Assembly (NCBI GenBank): GCA_015062305.1
Contig: SUUX01000003.1
Coordinates: forward strand, 74,160 to 138,159
From: Alphaproteobacteria bacterium
GTDB lineage: Bacteria > Pseudomonadota > Alphaproteobacteria > RF32 > CAG-239
Reading direction: 5' to 3'
DNA: 64,000 nt
Below are positions 50,838 through 61,725 of this stretch, one piece after another. The position numbers were made by a program, and so were the translations under genes. Every line of letters starts with the position of its first letter. Position 1 is the stretch's first letter. The notes below the pieces were generated by a model, which searched no databases, was not told the origin of the DNA, and saw only the letters and a program-made list of their open reading frames with translations.

Positions 50838-51425
50838 AACCGTTCGACATGGTTTATATATTACACAAAATTTATTGTCAATAAAAAATATTATATTTTA
50901 TTGATGTATGTTCATAAAAAAAAGGAACGCAAAATTGGGCTTGTCCAATGTTGTGTTCCTTCATATTTACGATTAACCTCCGAAGAGATCAACCTTGTTG
51001 CCCAAATTCCTATGGGGTCGCCATAAATGCTTATTAACGATGTTGAGTGAATCAGATAGACCTCGAGAAAAATCAATAATACAACCTATGTAGGCGCTCT
51101 ATTCTATCTAATTCTCTTTTTTTTATCTCAACATGCAAACATCTTGTTCTCCATTATCGCCTCACAAGCTAGGCTCAAAACATCAACGCACAAAACATTT
51201 GAATTTAATAAGCATTACCAATATAAGTATCAAAATATCCCGGGCAAAGAGAGATAAAATGAAAGACATAATCTTTATATACTAATATTGTTACACTTTA
51301 TTTATATCATAAAATAAAAGATGGGTCAATAGTTATTTTCAATAAATTTACATTTTTAAGTTTGCTATTGACGAAGGGGAAGATAAAAATTATATTATGT
51401 GAAGGTTTGAATAGAGGAAGAAGCG

Positions 51426-52430
51426 ATGGCATTTAAAACTAAAAAATTATTGAAAAAAGCAGTGTCGTGGGCTGGTTTGTTTTTCTTTGTTGTGGCTGCT
51501 TATATGTTGTATCACCAGCTGTCTCAATATAGTTTGGAAGATATTAAAAATGCTGTTTTTGCAATTCCTTCTCGTAATTTGTGGTTGGCTTGTGCTGCGT
51601 CATTTTTTGGTTATGTGGCTCTTTCTTCTTATGATTATTTGGCCTTGAAATATGTGGGACGCAAATTGGCGCCATGGAAGTGGATTTTTGCAGGGGTTAT
51701 CGGTTTTTCGGTTAGTAATAATGCCGGCCACGCTATTGTTTCTGGTGGCACTATTCGTTATCGTTTGTATACAAGGTGGCGTTTTCGGGCAACAGAAATT
51801 ATAAGAATGGTTACTTTTTCCGGTTTTACGTATTTAGTGGCCTGTTTCTTTTTGATTATTGTTGGGTATTTGTTGACACCTAATCATGCCTTTGGCGGAG
51901 GTTCTGTTTCTAAGTTGACAACGCAAATTGTGGCTTTGGTTTCTGTTGTTGGATTGTTGATTTATTTTGGTGCAAGTTTGTTTTATAAAAAAGCAATTAT
52001 AATAAAAGGAGTTGCTTTTGATGTGCCAACTTTTAAGATGGCTTTGGCTCAAGTGATTATTGGTGCTGCTGATATTTTATTGGCATCGTTGGTTCTTTAT
52101 TATGCATTAGATTCATTTGTGCATATTCCTTTTGATGAATTTATGGGCGTGTTTATTATTGCTCAGGTGTTGGGTGTGTTTAGCCAGGTTCCCGGAGGAT
52201 TGGGAGTGTTTGAAGGGTTGTTTATGTTTATTATTCCCGGACAGCACAATCAGGCAATGTTGTTTGGAGCGTTGATTGCCTATAGGGTAATATATTATTT
52301 GTTGCCGTTGTTGGTTTCTGGGGTGGCTTTGGTGATATATGAGTCTTATTTGAAATATGTGCGCAAACAAAGCTTGGAAAAATTGAAAATTTTTAATGCG
52401 GAAAAGTTGCGAGAAACTACAAAGCTATAA
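51426..52430 (+). CDS. Polytopic membrane protein, UPF0104/lysylphosphatidylglycerol-synthase-like (flippase-like) family
   Basis: About 8 TM helices with a basic N-terminus and GGLGVFEG near the C-terminus. Assignment is by overall pattern. Confidence 0.6.
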   Translation: MAFKTKKLLKKAVSWAGLFFFVVAAYMLYHQLSQYSLEDIKNAVFAIPSRNLWLACAASFFGYVALSSYDYLALKYVGRKLAPWKWIFAGVIGFSVSNNAGHAIVSGGTIRYRLYTRWRFRATEIIRMVTFSGFTYLVACFFLIIVGYLLTPNHAFGGGSVSKLTTQIVALVSVVGLLIYFGASLFYKKAIIIKGVAFDVPTFKMALAQVIIGAADILLASLVLYYALDSFVHIPFDEFMGVFIIAQVLGVFSQVPGGLGVFEGLFMFIIPGQHNQAMLFGALIAYRVIYYLLPLLVSGVALVIYESYLKYVRKQSLEKLKIFNAEKLRETTKL

Positions 52431-52460
52431 AATAAGTCCGGCAATGTGCCGGATTTATTT

Positions 52461-52892
52461 TTAGGGATTAAAAAAGGTGTTTATTCTTTCTACAAAATAT
52501 TTTTCCATGCTGATGGGATCTGATGTCATATATTGAAGGTTTTCAATCTTTTGATATCCAAAAGGAAAACCATCATCAAAACGAGATAACACAACCTCTA
52601 GAGGTTGTGACAGGTTGTAGCGTTGAATGAAAGTGTATTCATTGTCGTTTTGATAATTTATGAGAAATAAATTATATTTGTTGATGAAATTTTGGTTGTA
52701 AAATTGTTCTATTAGGTCGATGGCATTGGCGCATTCGGAGCATGGTTCGTTGTTGAAAAAAACATAAATCGTTGATTTGCTGTAAGATGAGCTTATTGCA
52801 GAACTGTAATTTTGCTCATAAGTTTGAGATATGGCAATTGATCCAAAACAAATACCAGATATCAATGTGATTAATAGAATTGTTTTGCGCAT
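52461..52892 (-). CDS. Secreted thioredoxin-like protein with a CxxC motif
   Basis: Signal peptide MRKTILLITLISGICFGSIAIS and FFNNEPCSECANAID (C-S-E-C). Confidence 0.45.
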   Translation of the reverse strand: MRKTILLITLISGICFGSIAISQTYEQNYSSAISSSYSKSTIYVFFNNEPCSECANAIDLIEQFYNQNFINKYNLFLINYQNDNEYTFIQRYNLSQPLEVVLSRFDDGFPFGYQKIENLQYMTSDPISMEKYFVERINTFFNP

Positions 52893-52913
52893 AAAATTCT
52901 CCTCTAATGAGAG

Positions 52914-54596
52914 TTAGATTGGTGCGCAAGCCTCCGATAACCAAGATTGCATTTCTGCTGGTAGAACTTGATTTAGGTGTCGGAATACAGTTTGATGATA
53001 TTCGTTTAACCAAAGGAGTTCTTGCTTGGTTAAGAGATATTTATTAATGAGCCGTTTATCAATGGGTACAAGTGTTAGAGGTTCAAATTTTAGCATAGGA
53101 TTGGGAAAATTAGGATTATTGTCCTGACATATATAGGCCAGATTTTCAATGCGGATCCCATATTGGTTTTCTACATAATATCCTGGTTCTATAGAGGTAA
53201 TTTGTCCGGCTTCCAGAGGAGACTGGTTGCGCGAGGAAGATATGGAGAAAGGACCTTCATGAACATTTAAGAAACAACCGACACCATGACCGGTACCATG
53301 TTTGTATTCTTTACCGAATTGCCATAACTGTTGTCTGGCTAAAGCATCTATGGTGTTGCCAGATGTTCCCTGTGGAAATTTGGCTGTGGCGACAGCAATA
53401 TGCGATTTTAAGACTTGTGTAAAGCTGTCAATAATTTGCTGATTTTCTATATGGCCAACAGCGATTGTTCTGGTAACATCTGTGGTTGCATCAAGATATT
53501 GGGCGCCGCTGTCTAGCAACAGAACGCTTCCAGATTGAAGTTTTTGGTTGGTTTGGGTCGATGGTTGGTAGTGTACAATTGCTCCGTTGGCTGCAAAACC
53601 AGCAATGGTTTCAAAGCTGTTTCCTTGAAAATATTTATTTTGTTTGCGAAGTGAATAAAGTTTTTCTACAATTGATAATTCAGTTTGCCCCTGCCAATTA
53701 TTTTCAAACCAATATAAAAAAGAACATAAAGCTATTGCATCTCTTAAGTGGGCGTTTTTAAATCCTTGTAATTCAACGGCATTTTTGATTGATTTCCATT
53801 TTTGGATGGGGTTTTGAAGGGGGGTGGTCCAAATTTTGAGTTTTTTGAAAATGGAATGAATTTGCTTGGGGGTGGAATGTGTTGATATTCCGATGTTTTG
53901 CCCTTTGTAGGCGGATAGCTCTTTTTCGATGGTATTAAAATTTGTTGTAAATAGGCTTATTTCTCCGTTTTTACTTATGAACGAAAAGGCCCTTAATATA
54001 GGGGTGTTGGGAAGAGTATGACTACGCAAATTGAGTAGCCAAGATACAGAATCTGGTTCACACAAAAAATATCCGTCCAGTTTGTTTTCTTGTATAAAGT
54101 TTGTTATATAAGATATTTTTTCATCAACAGAAAGGCCTGCAAATTCAATATCATGTTCAAATATATCGCTTTGATTTGAAGAGATACGAGGACCGAGAAT
54201 TTGTTTGGTGTCCTCAATAAAATGATGTTGTTTGAGTGTTCTGTTCCAATAATCTGTTTCGTTGATGCTATGACACCAAGGGTCATAGGCTATAGTTAGA
54301 GGAGTTGTGGTGTTTTTTTGGAGCCATGTTGCTGTGGAATCTGTGGTGCAAACAACATTTATAGCAGATGGGTCTGTTTCTTGAGCCGCTTGAATTTCAT
54401 ACCGACCATCAACTAAAAGATAATTTTTGTCTTTAAATATTATTAAAGTTCCGCTTGAACCGGTGAAACCACATAGTTCTAAAATTTTGTTTTCTGTCGG
54501 TAAGATATCTTGTCCTAAAAACATATTGTTTCGAGTGATGATATATGCATCCCATTTGTTTTTTGAAAGTTCTTTTTGTATTGTTTTGATATCCAT
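52914..54596 (-). CDS. pepP: Xaa-Pro aminopeptidase (M24B family)
   Basis: Creatinase_N repeats and a pita-bread metal-binding fold (HGTGHGVG, IEPGYY). 560 aa. Confidence 0.85.
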   Translation of the reverse strand: MDIKTIQKELSKNKWDAYIITRNNMFLGQDILPTENKILELCGFTGSSGTLIIFKDKNYLLVDGRYEIQAAQETDPSAINVVCTTDSTATWLQKNTTTPLTIAYDPWCHSINETDYWNRTLKQHHFIEDTKQILGPRISSNQSDIFEHDIEFAGLSVDEKISYITNFIQENKLDGYFLCEPDSVSWLLNLRSHTLPNTPILRAFSFISKNGEISLFTTNFNTIEKELSAYKGQNIGISTHSTPKQIHSIFKKLKIWTTPLQNPIQKWKSIKNAVELQGFKNAHLRDAIALCSFLYWFENNWQGQTELSIVEKLYSLRKQNKYFQGNSFETIAGFAANGAIVHYQPSTQTNQKLQSGSVLLLDSGAQYLDATTDVTRTIAVGHIENQQIIDSFTQVLKSHIAVATAKFPQGTSGNTIDALARQQLWQFGKEYKHGTGHGVGCFLNVHEGPFSISSSRNQSPLEAGQITSIEPGYYVENQYGIRIENLAYICQDNNPNFPNPMLKFEPLTLVPIDKRLINKYLLTKQELLWLNEYHQTVFRHLNQVLPAEMQSWLSEACAPI

Positions 54597-54600
54597 GATG

Positions 54601-55458
54601 TTATACCTTTTGCATTAAAGCTGCACGCCAATTGTCAATTTCGTATAGTTTTATTAGTTGTAATCCGTATTCTTGATGTGAATCTATAATCCAATTTGCC
54701 TGATCTTCAACAAAGCCTGATAATATACAATATCCGCCTTTTTTTAGAGATGAGGCTGTGTTTGGAGCCATGTCTAATAGCGGACGAGCTAGGATGTTGG
54801 CTAAGATTAAATCGTATGGTTTATTTTGTTGTACAAGATCAGATTGGTATCCATTGCTTTGTGCTACAAAAATTTGTTGATCTAAAGAATTATTTTGGGC
54901 ATTGCTTTGCGTGACTAATACGGCTTCTTCATCAATATCTACGGCGTATATTGAAGCTGTTTTCCATAAGTTTGCCGCACCTAAAGACAAAATACCAGAC
55001 CCAGTGCCAACATCTAATATTTTTTTGGCTTTGTAGTTTTGATGAAATAAATCGCTGATAGCTTGCAGGCAGCAACGAGTTGTTTGGTGATCTGAGCCAA
55101 AAGCGGTGGCTGCATATATTTGAATGGGAATTTTGTTGGTGTTTGGTTGTGTTGTTTCATGAATGCCATAGATTAAAAAGTCAGCTATCTCGAATGGAGC
55201 AAATTTTATTACATAGTCTTTTAGCCAGTTTTCGCTTTCTAATTTTTCTATTTTGTATGGAGGTAAACTGATATTCTGAGCTGCGACTAACATTTGTTGT
55301 TCATCAAAGTTTCCGGAGCAATAGCCAATATATTCATCTTTGCCAGAATCGTCATAATTTTGTGCGCTGACTTCAAAAAAATCTTCAAGAAAAGAAAGAA
55401 AATCTTCTTGTGGTTGCTCTTGTGGACTGAAAGTTATTTGCCAACAACTGCTCATCAT
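54601..55458 (-). CDS. prmA: Ribosomal protein L11 methyltransferase
   Basis: SAM motif ILDVGTGSGILS. 285 aa. Confidence 0.85.
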   Translation of the reverse strand: MMSSCWQITFSPQEQPQEDFLSFLEDFFEVSAQNYDDSGKDEYIGYCSGNFDEQQMLVAAQNISLPPYKIEKLESENWLKDYVIKFAPFEIADFLIYGIHETTQPNTNKIPIQIYAATAFGSDHQTTRCCLQAISDLFHQNYKAKKILDVGTGSGILSLGAANLWKTASIYAVDIDEEAVLVTQSNAQNNSLDQQIFVAQSNGYQSDLVQQNKPYDLILANILARPLLDMAPNTASSLKKGGYCILSGFVEDQANWIIDSHQEYGLQLIKLYEIDNWRAALMQKV

Positions 55459-55558
55459 TGTATAAGTTATCCCATTCGTTATAAAATTATTTACTAAAAC
55501 GAGTTTATAGTATAATAATTAAAAATAGATTTAATTCTTGATTGATAAGAGGTCTCTT

Positions 55559-56323
55559 ATGAAAAAATTGTTTCTTATGTTTTTGTTGGTTTTGGCTGGA
55601 GGGTGTGTGAGAGCCGGAGACTATAATATCTTGGCTTCTCGCAACGATATATTTACGATGTGGAACGGATATAGAATATCTTTTTATGATGCGGAACCTG
55701 TGCTGACCAGAACAGAAGAAGTAGAAGAAAATAATTATGAATATAATGTGGCTCAAACGGTAAAAAAAGGTTATTCTGTTTTGAATAATAAATTTTATCA
55801 GAAAGAATTTTTTGTAGAAAAATATTTGAAGGCCAATAAAAATGGTGTGTTGAATAGTGCATCTCTGCCTGTGAAAATAAAAGCTGATAAGAAATATACC
55901 CCTATCGGAACAGTTAAAATTGAAGGGCAAAAATATCGGTTGTTGCCTAGTGAATTAGAAGATTTTGCCATGCTGATTGATGAGCAAGGAGTGTTTTATA
56001 ATAGAATCGGGCAGATAAAAGGAAGTTATTTGATATTGTTGGATACTGAATTTTTTCCTTATCCTGCAGATTTGAAAATACAGGAGATTTCAAAAACAAC
56101 TTCTACTCAAAGTGCAGCGGTTAAAGGTTTTGATGTTAAGTACGATGGGGTGAAGTTGGATCGTATTTGGTTTACATATTTTGATTATACCCAAAATGAA
56201 GCAGGTACATTTAGTAATCTTAGTTTTCCGAACAAACCGGGGTTGATTACTATTCATAATGTAGGTTTTAGAGTTTTATCTGCTGATGAAGACAAAATTA
56301 CCTATATGGTGTTAACAGAATAA
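55559..56323 (+). CDS. Hypothetical lipoprotein
   Basis: AAGAGG RBS, signal MKKLFLMFLLVLAGGC (lipobox LAGGC). No recognised motif. Confidence 0.5.
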   Translation: MKKLFLMFLLVLAGGCVRAGDYNILASRNDIFTMWNGYRISFYDAEPVLTRTEEVEENNYEYNVAQTVKKGYSVLNNKFYQKEFFVEKYLKANKNGVLNSASLPVKIKADKKYTPIGTVKIEGQKYRLLPSELEDFAMLIDEQGVFYNRIGQIKGSYLILLDTEFFPYPADLKIQEISKTTSTQSAAVKGFDVKYDGVKLDRIWFTYFDYTQNEAGTFSNLSFPNKPGLITIHNVGFRVLSADEDKITYMVLTE

Positions 56324-56409
56324 GCGTTTTAAAATATAAAAAAATCTTGCGCATAAACATTGCTTGTTGTATAAAAACGCCTAGTTGAAGTTTTTTAGGA
56401 GTAAATACG

Positions 56410-57159
56410 ATGGCTGGACACTCCCAGTTTAAGAATATTATGTATAGAAAAGGTGCTCAGGATGCCAAAAAAGCAAAAATGTTTGCTAAGTTGGCTAGAG
56501 ACATTACGATTGCCGCAAAAAGCGGTTTGCCGGAACCTGATAAGAATCCTCGATTGCGTTTGGCAATTCAGGCTGCTCGTGCAGAAAGTATGCCCAAAGA
56601 TAATATTGAACGTGCGATTGCCAAGGCAACACAAGCTGCCGGTGGTGCAGACTATGTTGCTGCACGGTATGAGGGTTTTGGTCCCGGAAAAGTAGCTGTT
56701 ATTGTGGAGGCAATGACTGATAACAAGAATCGTACTGCCGGAAATATCCGTACTATTTTTGGTAAACGTGGCGGAGCTATGGGTGAGAATGGCTCGGTGG
56801 CTTTTAACTTTGAGCGCATAGGTTTTATTGAATATCCGTTGGCCGTGGCAGATGCAGACAAAATGTTTGAAACAGCTTTGGAGGCAGGGGCTAATGATGT
56901 TGCAACAGATGATGAACATCATGATATTGAGACGTTGCCTGATGATTTGGGTATGGTGACCGAGGCCTTGGAAAAAGTTTTTGGAACTCCGTCCGCATCA
57001 AGGTTGGATTGGAAACCAATGGTAAAAGCAGATGTTGCAGATGTAGAAACAGCTCAAAAGCTTTTGGATTTTATTGATGCTCTTGAAGATGATGATGATG
57101 TTCAGAGAGTGTATCATAATGCTGAAATTCCAGAAGATGTGTTGGCTAAATTGGTTTAG
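56410..57159 (+). CDS. yebC: YebC/PmpR-family transcriptional regulator
   Basis: [23 protein letters not shown] at the N-terminus. 249 aa. Confidence 0.9.
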   Translation: MAGHSQFKNIMYRKGAQDAKKAKMFAKLARDITIAAKSGLPEPDKNPRLRLAIQAARAESMPKDNIERAIAKATQAAGGADYVAARYEGFGPGKVAVIVEAMTDNKNRTAGNIRTIFGKRGGAMGENGSVAFNFERIGFIEYPLAVADADKMFETALEAGANDVATDDEHHDIETLPDDLGMVTEALEKVFGTPSASRLDWKPMVKADVADVETAQKLLDFIDALEDDDDVQRVYHNAEIPEDVLAKLV

Positions 57160-57171
57160 TATAATAGTTGT

Positions 57172-57207
57172 AAAAAAAACAGCTGCCAGTTGGCAGCTGT
57201 TTTTTTA
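57172..57207. terminator. Bidirectional rho-independent terminator
   Basis: cagctgccagttggcagctg flanked by A-runs and T-runs. Confidence 0.7.
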
Positions 57208-57816
57208 TTCGGTGATATTCATTGTTATTACGATATTTCCGGAACTTGTTTTTTGAATTTGTTGGAAAAGACTAATGATATCTCCTTTTTGTAGGGGGAC
57301 GTCCTTAGGGGCTTTAATATTTAGCCTGCCCAATTGTGGGTGAGATAGATGTAATGTCTCAGACGTGGCCGCTGCGTAACAAACTAAAAAACCAGGAATG
57401 ATACCATGGTAGGGAACGAAATATGCTGTATATGATTTGCCGTCGGCAGATTTGGTGCAATGACTATATTGCAAACGGTATCCATTGGTGCAGACTGTTC
57501 CGCTGATGTTGTGGTATTGCAAATCAAATTCTAGATTGTCTGGTTTAGAAAATGGAAGCCCATTGCCACAGGAAACATTAAGTTCACTGTCAAAAAAATG
57601 AAAGGGCACTTTCTGTCCGATGAAAATGGGGCGACAATGTTGGGCAAAATAGTTGTGAGCCTCAATATCGTCTTTGCTTGAGTTTTCGGTTTGACAATAG
57701 TTGTTAAGTTGCTTTTTGATTTGCGCAATTTCTTTGTTTAGCATTGTGATCTTGCGTGTAAGTAACATACAAGCCAATAAAAACAATAAACATAAAATAA
57801 TAATGAAATTTTCCAT
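57205..57816 (-). CDS. Hypothetical N-terminally anchored protein, paralog A (203 aa)
   Basis: TM IIILCLLFLLACMLL, a coiled-coil stretch, and a C-terminal domain carrying AYFVPYHGIIPGFLV and KGDIISLFQQIQKTSSG. Confidence 0.5.
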   Translation of the reverse strand: MENFIIILCLLFLLACMLLTRKITMLNKEIAQIKKQLNNYCQTENSSKDDIEAHNYFAQHCRPIFIGQKVPFHFFDSELNVSCGNGLPFSKPDNLEFDLQYHNISGTVCTNGYRLQYSHCTKSADGKSYTAYFVPYHGIIPGFLVCYAAATSETLHLSHPQLGRLNIKAPKDVPLQKGDIISLFQQIQKTSSGNIVITMNITE

Positions 57817-57933
57817 ACACTTAATTTTTAATATTAATAATAAAAAGTTATTTGCATATTATAGCATAAAAAAACAAAATCAAGTTATTTTAACGAAGAA
57901 AAACCTCTGTATTTGCAACAGAGGTTTTGTAGG

Positions 57934-58584
57934 TTAGTCAATATGGTAACTCACCAAATAACCGGAATCGGTTGATTGTGAATTTTGCAATACCTTTACA
58001 CTATCACCTTTGCGAAGTTTGCGTCTGTAAGGGATTGGTAAGCATAGAGTACCATATCTGCCATGCAACAGCAATACGGTGCTTTCATTTACTTTTTGTA
58101 CCACAAAACCATTAATGGTGCCATGGTATGGAGCAAACCATGCTTTGAAACGTTGGGTTCTTTCATCGAAATTGCATTTTTCCATATATAAAGGATATCC
58201 CTTGCTAGGAAAACGACTATCAGGATGAACTGCAGAAAGCAATAATTTCAGATTTTGAACGTTGTTAAATGGGCATCCGTTGGGGCGCAATACATATTGA
58301 GGCTCGTTAAAAATATGAATTGCACTTATTATGGTTTTGCTGAAAAGGTAACCATAGTTACTACCATACAGGTGCTTGCTAACGGTCTGTGTTGTAAGCT
58401 CTGCGAGTTCTTTTTCTTTTTGAGCTTGCAGTTTTTGAAATTTTGCTTTTTCTTTTTTGTGTTTTCGGTTTTCTTTGATGCGGGAGATGAATTGTGAAAT
58501 ATTATTCACCGCACTACAGATAAGAGCAATGATCATAGCAACGCTAAGTAATGCAAATAGCAATAATAATAGATTTTCTTTCAT
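57934..58584 (-). CDS. Hypothetical N-terminally anchored protein, paralog B (216 aa)
   Basis: TM LLLLLFALLSVAMIIALI, a K/E coiled coil, and AWFAPYHGTINGFVV and KGDSVKVLQNSQSTDSG, which align with paralog A. Confidence 0.5.
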   Translation of the reverse strand: MKENLLLLLFALLSVAMIIALICSAVNNISQFISRIKENRKHKKEKAKFQKLQAQKEKELAELTTQTVSKHLYGSNYGYLFSKTIISAIHIFNEPQYVLRPNGCPFNNVQNLKLLLSAVHPDSRFPSKGYPLYMEKCNFDERTQRFKAWFAPYHGTINGFVVQKVNESTVLLLHGRYGTLCLPIPYRRKLRKGDSVKVLQNSQSTDSGYLVSYHID

Positions 58585-58733
58585 GGTATAATTGTTTTAG
58601 TTAATAATTTTTTTGTGATCATATCATATGAAAAAATTGCTAAAAAGCAAGATGTTTGTGGGAAAAAGTAAAGAGCTATTGGTGTTTTTAAACTATGGTG
58701 CTAGATTAGGTTAATATTTAGGAGAACAAACTA

Positions 58734-59222
58734 ATGATTCGAATTTTAGGGCTGGATCCAAGCTTGTCGTCTACCGGTTGGGGAATTATCGAGGCTGAGA
58801 ATAATCGGGTGCGCTATGTGGCAGATGGATTTATTCCAACAGACACAAAAGCTCCGATTGCGGAAAGGTTGGCAACAATCAATAAAACCTTGCACGACGT
58901 GATAGAATTTTATAAACCTGATGAAGCCGCAATAGAGCAGGTTTTTCTGAACTCTAACGCTGTATCAACTATTAAGCTAGGCATGGCGCGAGGGGTTGTG
59001 ATTATGACGCCAGCAATGTTTCAGATTCCGGTTACCGAATATGAGCCTAACAAAGTAAAAAAAGCAGTTGTGGGTGTGGGTAAGGCAGAAAAAAAACAAG
59101 TAGAAACAATGGTGAAAATATTGCTTCCGGGTTGTAGTCCAAAAAATAATGATGCGGCAGATGCCCTTGCTATTGCATTGTGCCATTTTCAATTTAGAAA
59201 TGCTTATGGGACAAAGAAATGA
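58734..59222 (+). CDS. ruvC: Holliday junction resolvase RuvC
   Basis: MIRILGLDPSLSSTGWGII. 162 aa. Confidence 0.9.
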   Translation: MIRILGLDPSLSSTGWGIIEAENNRVRYVADGFIPTDTKAPIAERLATINKTLHDVIEFYKPDEAAIEQVFLNSNAVSTIKLGMARGVVIMTPAMFQIPVTEYEPNKVKKAVVGVGKAEKKQVETMVKILLPGCSPKNNDAADALAIALCHFQFRNAYGTKK

Positions 59223-59911
59223 TTAATTCTGTAGAGCAAAAAGTAAGAGAATTGATGGCAGGGGATAATACCGGCCATAGTTTTGATCATGTAGAACGGG
59301 TCTATAAAACAGCAATTGATTTATGTGCTAAAGAAGATGCAAATATGGAGGTGGTAGCAATATCTGCATTGTTGCACGATGCAGATGATTATAAATTATT
59401 TGGCCAAGAATGTGCCGATAAGCTAACTAATGCCAAAAGAATTATGAATGAGTGTAATGTTGATTCAGAGGTTCAGCAGCAAGTTTGCTTGGTTATTGCC
59501 AATATGGGATATAGTAAAGCACTAAAAGGTATCAGGCCGCAAACAATTGAAGGAAAAATTGTTTCTGATGCGGATATGCTTGATGCTATTGGTGCAAATG
59601 GGATTGTACGCTGTATGGCTTTTGCTTTGGCTCGGTGTGAAACTCCGATATTTAATGCTGAAATATGGCCGGAGCCTGATATGTGTGCTGAAGAATATAA
59701 GCGACCGAATCGAAAATCGGATAATTTTATTAATCATTTTTTTGAAAAATTACTGAAATTAAAAAATATGATGATGACCGATGCGGGAAAAAAAGAAGCA
59801 GAAAAAAGACATAAATTGATGGTGAGTTTTTTGGAAGCTTTTTTTCTGGAAAACAGTTTGCCTCAGTGGGTGGCTTATTTGTATGATTATGAGATGAAAA
59901 TTGAAAAATAA
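59219..59911 (+). CDS. HD-domain phosphohydrolase
   Basis: H..DH...LLHDADD metal-binding motif. Overlaps the ruvC stop. Confidence 0.7.
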   Translation: MINSVEQKVRELMAGDNTGHSFDHVERVYKTAIDLCAKEDANMEVVAISALLHDADDYKLFGQECADKLTNAKRIMNECNVDSEVQQQVCLVIANMGYSKALKGIRPQTIEGKIVSDADMLDAIGANGIVRCMAFALARCETPIFNAEIWPEPDMCAEEYKRPNRKSDNFINHFFEKLLKLKNMMMTDAGKKEAEKRHKLMVSFLEAFFLENSLPQWVAYLYDYEMKIEK

Positions 59912-60003
59912 GTTCTATTTTTGTTCTTAATTGTAAAAAGCTCTTGTATATCTGATTCTTTTTGTTTAATCTGGTTGCATATGATTTTTTGAGGAATATA
60001 TAA

Positions 60004-60660
60004 ATGATAGCAAAGTTGCGAGGAGTGGTTGACACTTATGGTGAGGACTATGCCATTATAGATGTTAATGGTGTGGGATATTTGGTTTTTGCTTCTGCTA
60101 AAACATTGTCCAAATTGGCAAAAGGTACAGAGGTTTCATTGCTGGTGGAGACAGTAGTGAGAGAAGATAGTATCACTCTTTATGGTTTTGCAGATGCATG
60201 GGAAAAAGAATGGTTTAATACCTTAACAAAGGTGCAAGGTGTGGGAGCAAAGGTTTGTTTGGCTATATTATCGGTGCTTTCTCCGTTGCAGTTGGCGCAA
60301 GCGATTTCAGCACAGGATAAGAATTCTTTTACCAGAGCTAGTGGTGTTGGTCCGAAGTTGGCAGCTCGGATCGTAACAGAACTGAAAGACAAAATTGTAA
60401 CAATTTCTATTGGTGATATGGCAAAATCTATAGATGCAAATATGGATTATATTCCGGAAGCTAATGAAGTGGCAGATGTCGTGGTGGCTCAACAAGGGGA
60501 TCCGAACAAAATAGAAGATGCTATTTCGGCTTTGGTAAATTTGGGGTATCAGCGTTTGGAGGCATATAAGGCAGTTAATCAGGCTGCTCTTAATAATCCA
60601 GATGCAGATATGTCTGCATTGATAAAAGCCGCTTTGAAAGAATTTGCAAATAAGGACTAA
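60004..60660 (+). CDS. ruvA: Holliday junction helicase subunit RuvA
   Basis: MIAKLRGVV...YAIIDVNGVGY with HhH motifs. 218 aa. Confidence 0.9.
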   Translation: MIAKLRGVVDTYGEDYAIIDVNGVGYLVFASAKTLSKLAKGTEVSLLVETVVREDSITLYGFADAWEKEWFNTLTKVQGVGAKVCLAILSVLSPLQLAQAISAQDKNSFTRASGVGPKLAARIVTELKDKIVTISIGDMAKSIDANMDYIPEANEVADVVVAQQGDPNKIEDAISALVNLGYQRLEAYKAVNQAALNNPDADMSALIKAALKEFANKD

Positions 60661-60664
60661 ATGA

Positions 60665-61714
60665 ATGATGGAAGAACGTATTGTTAGCCCTCAAAAACAG
60701 TTTGAAGATGAAAATGCAAATAATGTTCCAATAAATTTGCGACCTCAGAGCCTGGCTGATTTTGTGGGGCAGCGCACAGTTTGTGAAAACTTAAAGGTAT
60801 TTATTGAAGCTGCAAAAGGAAGAGGAGAGGCTTTGGATCATGTGTTGTTGTTTGGACCTCCAGGATTGGGTAAAACAACGTTAGCCTCTATTGTGGCAAA
60901 GGAGTTGGGAGTTGGTTTTAGAGCTACTTCTGCACCAATGATTTCCAAATCTGGAGATTTGGCAGCAATTTTGACCAATTTGGAACGCAATGATGTATTG
61001 TTCATTGATGAAATACATCGTCTTAATCCAGCTATTGAAGAAGTTTTGTATTCGGCAATGGAGGATTTTCAGCTTGATTTGATTATAGGAGAGGGGCCTT
61101 CGGCCAGATCTGTCAGAATCGATTTGCAACCATTTACATTGGTGGGAGCTACTACACGTTCGGGAATGCTATCTACTCCGCTACGAGAGCGTTTTGGAAT
61201 ACCGCTAAGGCTTGATTTTTATTCTCCGGAAGAGTTGAAGAAAATTGTTTTGCGAGGCGCAAAGTTGTTGGATATGCCTCTTTCTGATGTGGGTGCTTTA
61301 GAAATTGCCAAAAGATCTAGAGGTACTCCACGAGTGGCAGGAAGATTGTTACGTAGAGTGAGAGATTTTGGAGCGGTATGCGGAGCGCAAGAGGTGGATA
61401 ACAAGATTGCAGATAATGCTTTGCGTCGTTTGGATGTTGATGATTATGGACTAGATGCTTTTGATAGAAGATATTTAAACTGTATTGTGCAGAACTATGG
61501 AGGAGGTCCGGTGGGCGCAGATACTTTGGCGGCTGCTCTTTCGGAGGAAAGGGATACAATAGAAGAGGTAATAGAACCATTTTTGCTCAAACTTGGATTT
61601 TTGCAACGTACACCTCGTGGACGAGTGATTTCAGATTTGGGCTGCCGCTATTTGGGGGTGCCGCAAATGCGCAAAGAAAAAGTATCTGCACAATTGGATT
61701 TATTAGACAATTAG
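60665..61714 (+). CDS. ruvB: Holliday junction helicase RuvB
   Basis: Walker [12 protein letters not shown] and Walker [10 protein letters not shown]. 349 aa. Confidence 0.93.
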   Translation: MMEERIVSPQKQFEDENANNVPINLRPQSLADFVGQRTVCENLKVFIEAAKGRGEALDHVLLFGPPGLGKTTLASIVAKELGVGFRATSAPMISKSGDLAAILTNLERNDVLFIDEIHRLNPAIEEVLYSAMEDFQLDLIIGEGPSARSVRIDLQPFTLVGATTRSGMLSTPLRERFGIPLRLDFYSPEELKKIVLRGAKLLDMPLSDVGALEIAKRSRGTPRVAGRLLRRVRDFGAVCGAQEVDNKIADNALRRLDVDDYGLDAFDRRYLNCIVQNYGGGPVGADTLAAALSEERDTIEEVIEPFLLKLGFLQRTPRGRVISDLGCRYLGVPQMRKEKVSAQLDLLDN

Positions 61715-61725
61715 GAAGGTGAAAG

